Shown in pieces: positions 18,097 to 26,565 of a DNA stretch of 64,000 nt. Made by a program: the position numbers and the translations under genes. Below the pieces are notes generated by a model. It worked only from the letters and a program-made list of their open reading frames with translations, was not told where the DNA came from and did not search any database. This DNA is from Eubacteriales bacterium. Lineage in GTDB: Bacteria > Bacillota > Clostridia > Oscillospirales > QAKW01. The stretch spans positions 41,764 through 105,763 of the forward strand of contig JAZPYP010000072.1 of assembly GCA_045544255.1 (NCBI GenBank), written 5' to 3'. How positions within the stretch are numbered: the first letter of the stretch is position 1; every line of letters starts with the position of its first letter.

Positions 18097-19809
18097 TTAA
18101 ACTTTTTTTGTCAGCAAGCGGTAAAGCCGCAGAATTCCCATATAGCTTCCCAAAAAGAGAGCGCCCACCAAAAGGCCGCCGATCAAGCCATAGATCAGGC
18201 GGAGCACCATGGTCAGGATCGGGGTAAAAGCATGGCAGAAGGTATTGATACCGGAGGCAAAAAGCACTGCCGCCACCGCCGATAAAATCCAGCAAAAGAG
18301 CTTGCTTCCTCCTTTGCGCCCTTGCTCATAGATCAAAAGAATCAGGCAGGGCCACCCGAAAAGGAATTCCTTGGTGCGGGGGCGGGCCAAGAGAAGCTCT
18401 GTAAGCCCATCGCGCAGGCGGGTTTCCAAAAAGGAAATGGAGCTTACATTTCCGCTTCTGATAATATAAAGCCCTGCAAGGGAGAGCCCCAGCAGCAAGA
18501 TGAGGCCATGATACCAGCGCACCTTGCCAAAAAGGCTCCGAACCGCTCCCCTCAAAGCGGCGGGGCGCAGCAGGGACCAATCGGCGCGGGTTTGCCAGAT
18601 CAGAGCAAACAGAATGGGGATCACCAACGAAAATTTTACCCCGCGGAAGGCCGCTTCATTGAGCCAATAATCCCAGCCATTCATCATCGCCCCTTGGCAT
18701 AGGCCGCAGAAAAGCAATAGCCCAAAGGCCAACAGGCAACCAAAAAGGATTCTTAAAGCAAGGCTTCCCCGCCCCTTTTGCCAAGAGATAAACTCAAAGA
18801 CCACCGCAGGGCAGAAGCACCCTGCTATAGCGGCAAAGGCGGTGGGATAAAGAAGCAGCAAAGAATCGGGAAGCAAAAGAGAGGCCCCAAAGGCAAGGCC
18901 GCTTGCCGCCAACGCGGCGGGAAGCAACCATTTTTTCTCGCCCTTTGCAGAAAGATCGATCACCGCGCCCAGCATCAAAAGGCCAATGGCCGCCACGGCC
19001 GCAGAGGGCAACCGCCGCTTGGGCGGGTAGGTTTTAAGATCGGGAGCGGGATTTGCGCTAAAGCCCTCTTCCTTTAGTTTCTGGCAGAGAAGGCTTGTGG
19101 ATTTCACCATGCGGGAAGCATTCTCCTCGGCGGAAAAGGCCTCGTCCTCCAAGGGCACCGCCAAAGGAAAGCGAATATTGCGATCCAGAACCGCGCAAAG
19201 GGTATGATAATAAGAAAAGGGATATTCCCCATTCTCGGAATAGGTGAGATTTCCGTTGGCATAGCTGCGCAGAATGCGCCCGTCGGCCGCCTTTAAATAA
19301 TCCTCAAAGCCCGCAGGATGATTATTGGAAAGCTGGGCGAGGGTTTCTGTCAGCACCAAGGTCAGCTTTTCCTTTCGGATCATCTCGCATAAAACTTTGC
19401 ATTTTTTAAGGCTGGTGGGCGACCTTTGCCAAGGATCCATATTGAGCTTTATATAGCGAACGGGATATTCCTCCATCAGCCGCTCCAACGCGGCAGAAGA
19501 GGGCTCATAAAGATCCGGCTCCGGTGCAATTTCAAGGCCGGCCTCGGCGGCCGCCTCCAATAGAGTTTTGGAAAAGGAGCCCTTTTCCTCCCGCACCACT
19601 GCCGCCGCACACCCTGCCGCCTTCATCTCTTTTAAGAAGGCCTTCAGCTTGGGGAGCGGAAGCTGGCGGGCAAAGAGGGAAGCATCCACCGCTGCGGTAT
19701 AGTAATAATTCGCTTCATCGTTGCGATGGCGGTAACCCACCGCCGGCAGAACCATGGTAACCATCAAAATGAGGGCCACTGCTCCAAAGATCCATCGCCG
19801 CAGCTTCAT
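18097..19809 (-). CDS. polytopic membrane protein with N-terminal extracytoplasmic domain (DUF5693-like)
   Basis: 570 aa. Signal-anchor, a ~270-aa soluble domain, then ~9 TM helices. Confidence 0.6.
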   Translation of the reverse strand: MKLRRWIFGAVALILMVTMVLPAVGYRHRNDEANYYYTAAVDASLFARQLPLPKLKAFLKEMKAAGCAAAVVREEKGSFSKTLLEAAAEAGLEIAPEPDLYEPSSAALERLMEEYPVRYIKLNMDPWQRSPTSLKKCKVLCEMIRKEKLTLVLTETLAQLSNNHPAGFEDYLKAADGRILRSYANGNLTYSENGEYPFSYYHTLCAVLDRNIRFPLAVPLEDEAFSAEENASRMVKSTSLLCQKLKEEGFSANPAPDLKTYPPKRRLPSAAVAAIGLLMLGAVIDLSAKGEKKWLLPAALAASGLAFGASLLLPDSLLLLYPTAFAAIAGCFCPAVVFEFISWQKGRGSLALRILFGCLLAFGLLLFCGLCQGAMMNGWDYWLNEAAFRGVKFSLVIPILFALIWQTRADWSLLRPAALRGAVRSLFGKVRWYHGLILLLGLSLAGLYIIRSGNVSSISFLETRLRDGLTELLLARPRTKEFLFGWPCLILLIYEQGRKGGSKLFCWILSAVAAVLFASGINTFCHAFTPILTMVLRLIYGLIGGLLVGALFLGSYMGILRLYRLLTKKV

Positions 19810-19843
19810 TCAGATGCGCCCTCCTTTCTTTTTTTATAAAAAT

Positions 19844-20689
19844 TCAGTTTTTGGCAACCACATAGCGCGGCAGGCCCGCAAGGTCTTGGTAAAGGGCCGC
19901 TTCCTTCAGCGCCTCTTGCATGATCGCCAAAACCCCCGCGCCGGTATCCTCACCGGTTTCCAAAACCATCTCGCCCCCCTCTTTTAAGAGGGCGGCCCAT
20001 TTTTCGGCCAAAACATGGTAATAGATCAATCCGTCCAAGCCCCCATCCAGCGCCAGCATCGGCTCCTGCTGCACTTCCGGCTGAAGCTCCTTCAGATCCG
20101 CCGATTTAATATAGGGCGGGTTGCAGAGAATCAAATCAAACCGCTCCTTTTCCATAAAGAAGGGCGGCCCCTGCAAAACATCCCATTTTTCGATCTTCAC
20201 CTCGGCTTCAAGGGCCTTTGCATTTTCTTTGGCCATCGCCAAGGCGGGATCGCTGATATCGACCAACGTAACCTCTGCTTCGGGGAGCAGTTTTTTAAGG
20301 GCGATCCCGATGCAGCCGCTTCCGGTGCAAAGATCCAGCGCCTTAATGGGGCGCCCCGCATAATGCTCCTTGGCATATTCCACCAACCATTCGGTTTCGG
20401 CCCGCGGGATCAATACATGGGGGCTGATCATAAATTCAAAGCCCATAAATTCCCAAGCGCCCAAAATATGCTGGAGCGGTTTCCGATCGCCTCTTGCCCG
20501 AATATCCTGCCAAAAGGCCAAAACCGCCTCGTCGGCAAGCTCGCTTTCTTTGGCTAAAAGCAGCTCGGCGCGGCTCATGCCAAAATGCTTAAAATGAATA
20601 TTAAAAGCATCGAAGCGGTGGTTTTCGATCCCCCGCTCCTTAAGCACAATTTCACCCTGCTTTAAAAGATCCTTTGGATTGGCTCTCAC
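19844..20689 (-). CDS. prmC: peptide chain release factor N5-glutamine methyltransferase
   Basis: 281 aa with the NPPY motif (ILCNPPYI) and SAM-binding DLCTGSG. Confidence 0.85.
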   Translation of the reverse strand: MRANPKDLLKQGEIVLKERGIENHRFDAFNIHFKHFGMSRAELLLAKESELADEAVLAFWQDIRARGDRKPLQHILGAWEFMGFEFMISPHVLIPRAETEWLVEYAKEHYAGRPIKALDLCTGSGCIGIALKKLLPEAEVTLVDISDPALAMAKENAKALEAEVKIEKWDVLQGPPFFMEKERFDLILCNPPYIKSADLKELQPEVQQEPMLALDGGLDGLIYYHVLAEKWAALLKEGGEMVLETGEDTGAGVLAIMQEALKEAALYQDLAGLPRYVVAKN

Positions 20690-21678
20690 TCCGCCGCCTC
20701 CTCTTTTTCGCCGAGGATCTCGCCATCCTCGCCCACAAAAAGTTCCTTATCCAAGGGGTATTTTTCCTCTAAAACCCCCTTCAGCGCAATCAGCGCCACA
20801 TTCAGCTGCTGCTCATCGGGCTCCCGCGTTGTGATCCGCTGGAGCCAAAGGCCGGGGGCCGAGATGATGCGGGTGAACCAATTATCATAGCGCCCTGCAA
20901 GGCGGATAAATTCATAGGCGATCCCCATTACCAAGGGCACAGTGATCAGCTTCAGGCCGGTGCGCACCAAGCGGCTGCCCCAAGGGATAAACATTGCCAC
21001 CACAATGCTGACCAGCAGCGTTAAAATAATAAAGGAAGTGCCGCAGCGGGGATGGAAGCGGCGGCTCTTTTTGGCGCATTCATTGCAAAGCTCCTCCTTC
21101 GCCTCATAGCAAAAGATGGATTTATGCTCCCCGCCATGGTATTGGAAAACGCGGCGCATATCCGGCATCAGCGAAACAAGGCTGATATAGCCAACAAAGA
21201 TCAGAATCTTCATCATGCCTTCCAAAATCGCCTTCCATGCCGCCCCTGCATTCGGCATCACCCAGCCGGTAATCAACGCAGGCAGGTAGATAAAGAGCAC
21301 CAAGGAAAGCCCCAGCCCCAGGATCATCGAAAGGGTGCCGAGGATCGCCATGCCGGCCTTTCCCATCAGCTTTTCCAAAAAGGCATCCAGCTTGGAGGGC
21401 TCTTCCGGCTCCTCCAATCCCTCCAGGGATACATCTGCGGAATACATCAGGCATTTATAACTGAGCATCATCGATTGAACAAAACTGATAACTCCGCGTA
21501 TAATCGGGATTTTATTATACCATGCGGCATTATCCGATGCCTGCTCCACCTTCATCTGGATCTTGCCATCGGCGCGGCGCACCGCGATCGCAAGGCGGCC
21601 CTTGCCCCGCATCATTACTCCTTCAATCAGGGCGCTGCCGCCGATAGAAGTATATTTTGCTTTCTTTTCTTTACTCAT
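20686..21678 (-). CDS. DUF1385 (YqhQ-like) membrane protein
   Basis: N-terminal IGGSALIEGVMMRG signature. Usual partner upstream of prmC in Firmicutes. Confidence 0.75.
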   Translation of the reverse strand: MSKEKKAKYTSIGGSALIEGVMMRGKGRLAIAVRRADGKIQMKVEQASDNAAWYNKIPIIRGVISFVQSMMLSYKCLMYSADVSLEGLEEPEEPSKLDAFLEKLMGKAGMAILGTLSMILGLGLSLVLFIYLPALITGWVMPNAGAAWKAILEGMMKILIFVGYISLVSLMPDMRRVFQYHGGEHKSIFCYEAKEELCNECAKKSRRFHPRCGTSFIILTLLVSIVVAMFIPWGSRLVRTGLKLITVPLVMGIAYEFIRLAGRYDNWFTRIISAPGLWLQRITTREPDEQQLNVALIALKGVLEEKYPLDKELFVGEDGEILGEKEEAAE

Positions 21679-21821
21679 AAATTTTCTTCTTTCCTATCAA
21701 GATGCTATCATTATACGATTTTAAAGAAGGAAAATCAACTGATTTATTCCTTAAATTATTGTAAATTATAAAAATCTATTGTATAATAAAAAAGATAAAA
21801 TTGTTGAAAAGGGTGAACCCG

Positions 21822-22367
21822 ATGAAAAAAAGATTTTTTGCTCTGTTTTTAATTGTTGTTTTGCTTCTCTCCTGCGGTTGCCATAAAGCCACTCAAGAGG
21901 GATATAAGCTTTTCCGCTCCTCGCCCATGGGCTATTCCATCGAATATCCGGAATATTGGCAAAAGGCTTCCGATCTGAAGGAAAAGGTGGCTGTTTTTGT
22001 AACTCCCATGGAGGGCTATAGCGATGAATTTATCGAAAAGGTTTCGGTTCAGCAAATAATTCCCGATGCCAAAGCCGAGGGAACCTTTGATGAATATGTA
22101 AAGGGCTATACCGCCGACCTTGCCAAAAAGATTCATAACTATAAGTTGGTAAGCGAGCAGGAAACCAAGCTGGGGGGCGAAGATGCCTACCGCATTGTTT
22201 ACGAAAGCTCTTCCGATGATGGCAAGGAGACCTTCCGCTTTATGCAGATCTTTGCGCAGCACGGAGATGCTTTTTATACCGTGATCTATCAAGCGGATTT
22301 TGTTTCTTTTGCCTATTTCCTTCCCGCGGTGGAAACCATGCTCTCCACCTTCACCTTCCTTAAATGA
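21822..22367 (+). CDS. putative lipoprotein
   Basis: ATG at 21822 gives MKKRFFALFLIVVLLLSCGC, a signal peptide with a lipobox-like Cys. The track start at 21801 is TTG. Confidence 0.6.
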   Translation: MKKRFFALFLIVVLLLSCGCHKATQEGYKLFRSSPMGYSIEYPEYWQKASDLKEKVAVFVTPMEGYSDEFIEKVSVQQIIPDAKAEGTFDEYVKGYTADLAKKIHNYKLVSEQETKLGGEDAYRIVYESSSDDGKETFRFMQIFAQHGDAFYTVIYQADFVSFAYFLPAVETMLSTFTFLK

Positions 22368-23227
22368 TGGAGGATTGGATCGATGTTGCGGCCCTGCTGA
22401 AGCAGTACGGCCTTCATACCAATAAGAATTTGGGGCAAAATTTCCTGAAAGACCGCTCTGTTTTGGAGCAGATCTGCCAAGGGGCGCTCCCCTTTGGCAA
22501 GGAAGGAATTTTAGAGATCGGCGCCGGAGTGGGGAGCCTTACCGCTCTCCTTTGCGAAGAGAGCGAGCAGGTGCTGACCGTTGAGATCGATGAAAGCCTG
22601 AAGCCCCTCCTTTTGGAGCAGGTGCCCCATCAAAATCATCAATTTTTATGGAAAGATATCCTTGCCTGCGATTATTCTGCCCTGCGCGGGGAATACTTTT
22701 CGGGAAAGCCCTTCACCATTGTTGGAAATTTGCCCTATTATATCACCGCCGAGATCCTTGATCGCCTTTTTCTTTCCGCCGATTGGAATTGCGCGGTGCT
22801 GATGGTGCAAAAAGAAGCGGCAGAGCGGCTTTTAAGCCGCCCCGGCAGCAAGGAATATCGGGCCCAAGGGGTTTTTCTTCAGGCCTTTTATGAGGGGGAG
22901 CTTCTCTTCGAAGTGCCGCCCCATTGCTTTCAGCCTGCCCCCCATGTCCGGAGTGCTGTGATCCGCTTGCTGCCCAAGGAGCCGCCGGTGGAAGATCGGG
23001 TTGGTTTTGCCAAATTTTTAAAGAGCGCCTTCCTCTCCCGCCGCAAGATGTTTGCCTCCTCTAAAGCGGTGCAGCAGCAGCTTCGCCGCTCCAGAGAGGA
23101 GCTTTCCGAAATTCTACGCTCGATAGGAATCGAGGAAAATGCCCGCGCAGAAACCTTTTCCCCCGATCAATTTGCGAAAGTATACAATCTTGCACAAAAG
23201 AACTTTCCCCAATCTCTTGAACTTTAG
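22364..23227 (+). CDS. rsmA: 16S rRNA (adenine1518/1519-N6)-dimethyltransferase
   Basis: NLGQNFL and EIGAGVGSLT motifs. 287 aa. Confidence 0.9.
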   Translation: MMEDWIDVAALLKQYGLHTNKNLGQNFLKDRSVLEQICQGALPFGKEGILEIGAGVGSLTALLCEESEQVLTVEIDESLKPLLLEQVPHQNHQFLWKDILACDYSALRGEYFSGKPFTIVGNLPYYITAEILDRLFLSADWNCAVLMVQKEAAERLLSRPGSKEYRAQGVFLQAFYEGELLFEVPPHCFQPAPHVRSAVIRLLPKEPPVEDRVGFAKFLKSAFLSRRKMFASSKAVQQQLRRSREELSEILRSIGIEENARAETFSPDQFAKVYNLAQKNFPQSLEL

Positions 23228-23307
23228 GCAAAATAGGGATTGCAATGTTGAATTGTTGCAAGTATAATAATTTTAGTTATTAATATATTATTGAAAGGAC
23301 GACCATT

Positions 23308-25089
23308 ATGACCACCAAGAACCAAGCATTATTGACCTGGATCGACGAAATGGCCGCCATCACCAAACCCGAAAAGATCGTTTGGATCGATGGTAGCGAA
23401 GAGCAGCTCGAAGCCCTGCGCGCCGAGGCTTGCTCCACCGGCGAGATCGAAAAGCTGGATCAAGAGAAGCTGCCCGGCTGCTATCTCCATCGCACCGATC
23501 CTCTGGATGTAGCCCGTGTTGAAGACCGGACCTTTATCTGCGCCCGCACCGAAAAGGATGCAGGCCCCACCAATAACTGGATGGACCCCAAGAAAGCCTA
23601 CGAAATGATGTATGGCCTGTTTGATGGCTCCATGGAAGGCAAAACCATGTATGTCATCCCCTATAGCATGGGCGTTATCGGCTCTCCCTTCTCCAAGATC
23701 GGTATTGAGCTGACCGATAGCATCTATGTTGTTTTGAATATGCATATCATGACTCGTATCGGCGCTAAAGTGCTGGAAGCACTGGGCGAAGGCGAGTTCG
23801 TTAAGGGCCTCCATTCCAGAGCCCAGATGGATGCTTCCAAGAAGTATATCATGCATTTCCCCGAGGATAATACCATTATGTCCGTAAACTCCGGTTATGG
23901 CGGCAACGTTCTCCTTGGTAAAAAGTGCTTCGCTCTGCGTATCGCTTCCTATCTTGGTAAGAATGAGGGCTGGATGGCTGAGCATATGCTGATTCTGGGC
24001 GTTGAGAATCCCGAAGGCGAAACCCGCTATATCTGCGCCGCCTTCCCCTCTGCCTGCGGTAAGACCAATCTGGCGATGCTGATCCCCCCCGAAGGCTATG
24101 CGAAGAAGGGCTATAAGGTATGGTGCGTGGGCGATGATATCTCCTGGCTGCGCATCGGCCCCGATGGCCGCCTCTATGCCATGAACCCCGAGAACGGCTT
24201 CTTCGGCGTTGCCCCCGGCACCAACGAAAAGTCCAACCCCAACGCTCTTGCTTCTACCATGAAGAATACCATCTTCACCAACGTTTGCCATACTGCTGAT
24301 AATAACGTTTGGTGGGAAGGCCTTAATAAGGAGCTGCCTGTCAATGCCATCGACTGGAAGGGCGATCCCTGGGATCCCGCAAAGTTTGTGAAGAGCGATA
24401 AGAGCACCTGCGCTGCTCATCCCAATAGCCGCTTCACCGCTCCCGCCGAGAATTGCCCCTGCATCTCCAAGGAGTTCAATAACCCCAATGGTGTGCCCGT
24501 TGATGCTATCGTATTCGGCGGCCGCCGCGCTAAAACCGCTCCCTTGGTTTATCAGTCCTTCGATTGGAACCATGGTGTGTTCGTAGGTTCTATCATGGCT
24601 TCTGAGACCACCGCTGCTGCTGCAGGCGCTGTTGGCGTTGTTCGCCGCGATCCTATGGCTATGCTGCCCTTCTGCGGCTATAATATGGGCGACTATTTCG
24701 CCCACTGGATCGAGATGGGTAAGAAAATCCCCCATGCTCCCAAGATCTTCAATGTTAACTGGTTCCGTACCGACGATGAAGGCAACTTCATCTGGCCGGG
24801 ATTTGGCGATAACCTCCGCGTTCTGGAGTGGATCCTGAACCGCTGCGCCGGTAAGGCCGATGCAGTAGAAACCGAGATCGGCTACCTGCCTAAGGCTGAA
24901 GATATCAATATCGAAGGCCTCGAGGATATCACCGTGGATACCATTAAGGGCCTCCTCTCTGTGGATAAGGACCTTTGGAAGGAAGATATCGTAGGTATCA
25001 AAGAGTTCTACTCTAAGTTTGATAAATATGATACCCTCCCCGCCGAACTCAAAAAAGAGCTGGCTGATTTCGAAGCCCGCCTCGGCTAA
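23308..25089 (+). CDS. pck: phosphoenolpyruvate carboxykinase (GTP-dependent type)
   Basis: 593 aa with GTP-PEPCK motifs (AAFPSACGKTNLAM, WMAEHMLILG). Confidence 0.9.
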   Translation: MTTKNQALLTWIDEMAAITKPEKIVWIDGSEEQLEALRAEACSTGEIEKLDQEKLPGCYLHRTDPLDVARVEDRTFICARTEKDAGPTNNWMDPKKAYEMMYGLFDGSMEGKTMYVIPYSMGVIGSPFSKIGIELTDSIYVVLNMHIMTRIGAKVLEALGEGEFVKGLHSRAQMDASKKYIMHFPEDNTIMSVNSGYGGNVLLGKKCFALRIASYLGKNEGWMAEHMLILGVENPEGETRYICAAFPSACGKTNLAMLIPPEGYAKKGYKVWCVGDDISWLRIGPDGRLYAMNPENGFFGVAPGTNEKSNPNALASTMKNTIFTNVCHTADNNVWWEGLNKELPVNAIDWKGDPWDPAKFVKSDKSTCAAHPNSRFTAPAENCPCISKEFNNPNGVPVDAIVFGGRRAKTAPLVYQSFDWNHGVFVGSIMASETTAAAAGAVGVVRRDPMAMLPFCGYNMGDYFAHWIEMGKKIPHAPKIFNVNWFRTDDEGNFIWPGFGDNLRVLEWILNRCAGKADAVETEIGYLPKAEDINIEGLEDITVDTIKGLLSVDKDLWKEDIVGIKEFYSKFDKYDTLPAELKKELADFEARLG

Positions 25090-25102
25090 TCTAAAATATC
25101 AA

Positions 25103-25139
25103 AAATCCCGAAATGCAACCTGCATTTCGGGATTTTTTT
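25103..25139 (+). terminator. pck terminator
   Basis: AATCCCGAAATGC-loop-GCATTTCGGGATT followed by TTTTTT. Confidence 0.85.
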
Positions 25140-25189
25140 ATCCTCTCGCCCTCAAATCATTTGGATCCTCACACTTTAATCCGCCAACC

Positions 25190-25453
25190 GCACAATTCAT
25201 TTGTGCACCTCAACCATTTCTACCTACCCGCACAAATCATTTGTACACCCCATCTCATTTCTGCGTAGCCGCACAATTCATTTGTGCACCCTAACTCATT
25301 TCTACGTAGCCGCACAAATCATTTGTACACCCTAACTCATTTCTGCGCAGCCGCACAATTCATTTGTGCACCCCATCTCATTTCTGCGCAGCCGCACAAT
25401 TCATTTGTGCGCCCTAACTCATTTCTGCGCAGCCGCACAAATGATTTGTGCGG
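25190..25453 (+). repeat. tandem array A: 8 copies of a 41-bp unit
   Basis: GCACAA starts at 25190, 25230, 25271, 25312, 25353, 25394 and 25435 (steps 40,41,41,41,41,41). Consensus GCACAATTCATTTGTGCACCCTAACTCATTTCTGCGCAGCC. Confidence 0.95.
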
Positions 25454-25509
25454 GTGGATTGATTTTTGAAGAAATTTATGTTATTCTTTAAAAAAAGGAT
25501 GTGATACAA

Positions 25510-25818
25510 ATGGATCAAGCAGTATTTGCACAGAGGTTAAAACAATTACGAGCACAAATGGGCGTCAGTCAGCATGAAATGAGCAAGAAATTAGGTCTTA
25601 CTCAAAACTACATCTTCAACATTGAATCCGGTTACGCCTATCCCTCCATGACCAATTTTTTTGCCATTTGTTCCTATTTAGACGTTACGCCGGAGGAATT
25701 TTTCTCCTTTGGAGAAAATCCCGATGACCAAGTACAGGAGCTTCTTTCCGTTACCCGCAATTTTTGCGGGGAAGACATGGCTCATCTGATTGATTACGCC
25801 ATCAAAATGAAATGGTGA
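25510..25818 (+). CDS. XRE-family helix-turn-helix protein
   Basis: FAQRLKQLRAQMGVSQHEMSKKLGLTQNYIFNIESG is a classic Cro/C1 HTH. The ATG at 25510 follows AAAGGA (GTG at 25501 also possible). Confidence 0.8.
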   Translation: MDQAVFAQRLKQLRAQMGVSQHEMSKKLGLTQNYIFNIESGYAYPSMTNFFAICSYLDVTPEEFFSFGENPDDQVQELLSVTRNFCGEDMAHLIDYAIKMKW

Positions 25819-25904
25819 AAGCTTTGCATAAACGCGTGTGCGTATTTTTAACCAAAAATAAATGAGATTTGGTTTCAAGTCAGACATTTTCGGAGAAAGA
25901 CACC

Positions 25905-26342
25905 ATGGATTATTCCGCTTTTGCAGATAAACTTACAAAATTCATTCCTCTCCCCATGACGGTTTTAGGCATCCTTTTTATTGGGTTGCTGATCTTTTTA
26001 TTCATTGCCTTGAAAATGAAATTTCTCAAGGAATCCTGGATTTATTTAGTCTGCGGTTTTATTGGGATTGTTTTGGCTTATTTCTTCACCATTTACCCCG
26101 TTCAGAAGGATATCCGGGAGAAAACCTATATCGAATATCACAGGAACTTTATTATTGACGAATATTACTTCACAAGTCGAAGCAGTTCTTCCACCATGAT
26201 GATTCGCTTTTCCCCATCCGAAAAAGCTGAAAAATTCAAAACCATTGAGGAATTTCACGAAATTACGCTGGGGAAAATTTATCAGGGAACCATCTGCTAC
26301 GGAAAACATTCGAAAATGATTATCGAAATAGAAATAAAATAA
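25905..26342 (+). CDS. hypothetical 2-TM membrane protein
   Basis: ATG at 25905. Two hydrophobic helices, then a ~80-aa soluble tail. AT-rich codon usage unlike its neighbours. Confidence 0.5.
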   Translation: MDYSAFADKLTKFIPLPMTVLGILFIGLLIFLFIALKMKFLKESWIYLVCGFIGIVLAYFFTIYPVQKDIREKTYIEYHRNFIIDEYYFTSRSSSSTMMIRFSPSEKAEKFKTIEEFHEITLGKIYQGTICYGKHSKMIIEIEIK

Positions 26343-26383
26343 AGATTTCTTTCAATCATGATATAAACTGCTTTTAGAGCTAC

Positions 26384-26415
26384 AGCCGCACTTTTTGATG
26401 CGGCTATTATTTTTG
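26384..26415 (+). terminator. terminator after XRE/membrane gene pair
   Basis: AGCCGCA-loop-TGCGGCT followed by ATTATTTTT. Confidence 0.55.
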
Positions 26416-26478
26416 CTTCAAAATCCGTTTTATCGGACTTTATCTATGATAAAATACCCCTAAGCAAAAAGGGTAGTG

Positions 26479-26495
26479 AAGCACAGATTGTGCTT
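26479..26495. promoter_or_regulatory. 17-bp perfect palindrome abutting the recA -35
   Basis: AAGCACA-GAT-TGTGCTT. Its last 2 nt are the first 2 nt of the TTGATT -35 hexamer. Confidence 0.5.
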
Positions 26496-26522
26496 GATTT
26501 CTTTTTGCAAATATTATATAAT
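26494..26522 (+). promoter_or_regulatory. recA promoter
   Basis: TTGATT - 17 nt - TATAAT, 43 nt upstream of the recA ATG. Confidence 0.65.
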
Positions 26523-26565
26523 TATTATATATGTAGAAAAGTTGGAAAAAAGGAGATTTTTCAAA

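Noticed and set aside
23329-24735. 468-aa ORF antisense to pck
   Set aside because: A shadow frame opposite an unmistakable GTP-PEPCK sequence.
25019-25469. Track ORFs 25019..25294 and 25284..25469 as repeat-containing proteins
   Set aside because: They simply read through array A. The 41-bp period forces a frame shift of the repeat every unit. There is no SD or start context, and the composition is that of the repeat.
26476-26565. 30-aa N-terminal extension of recA
   Set aside because: It reads through the promoter (TTGATT-17-TATAAT) and the SD. Canonical RecA begins MADKK at 26566.
26343-26565. Canonical LexA/Cheo box (GAAC-N4-GTTC) upstream of recA
   Set aside because: Not present on visual scan of either strand. 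Only the AAGCACA-GAT-TGTGCTT palindrome was seen, and it is reported as a finding.
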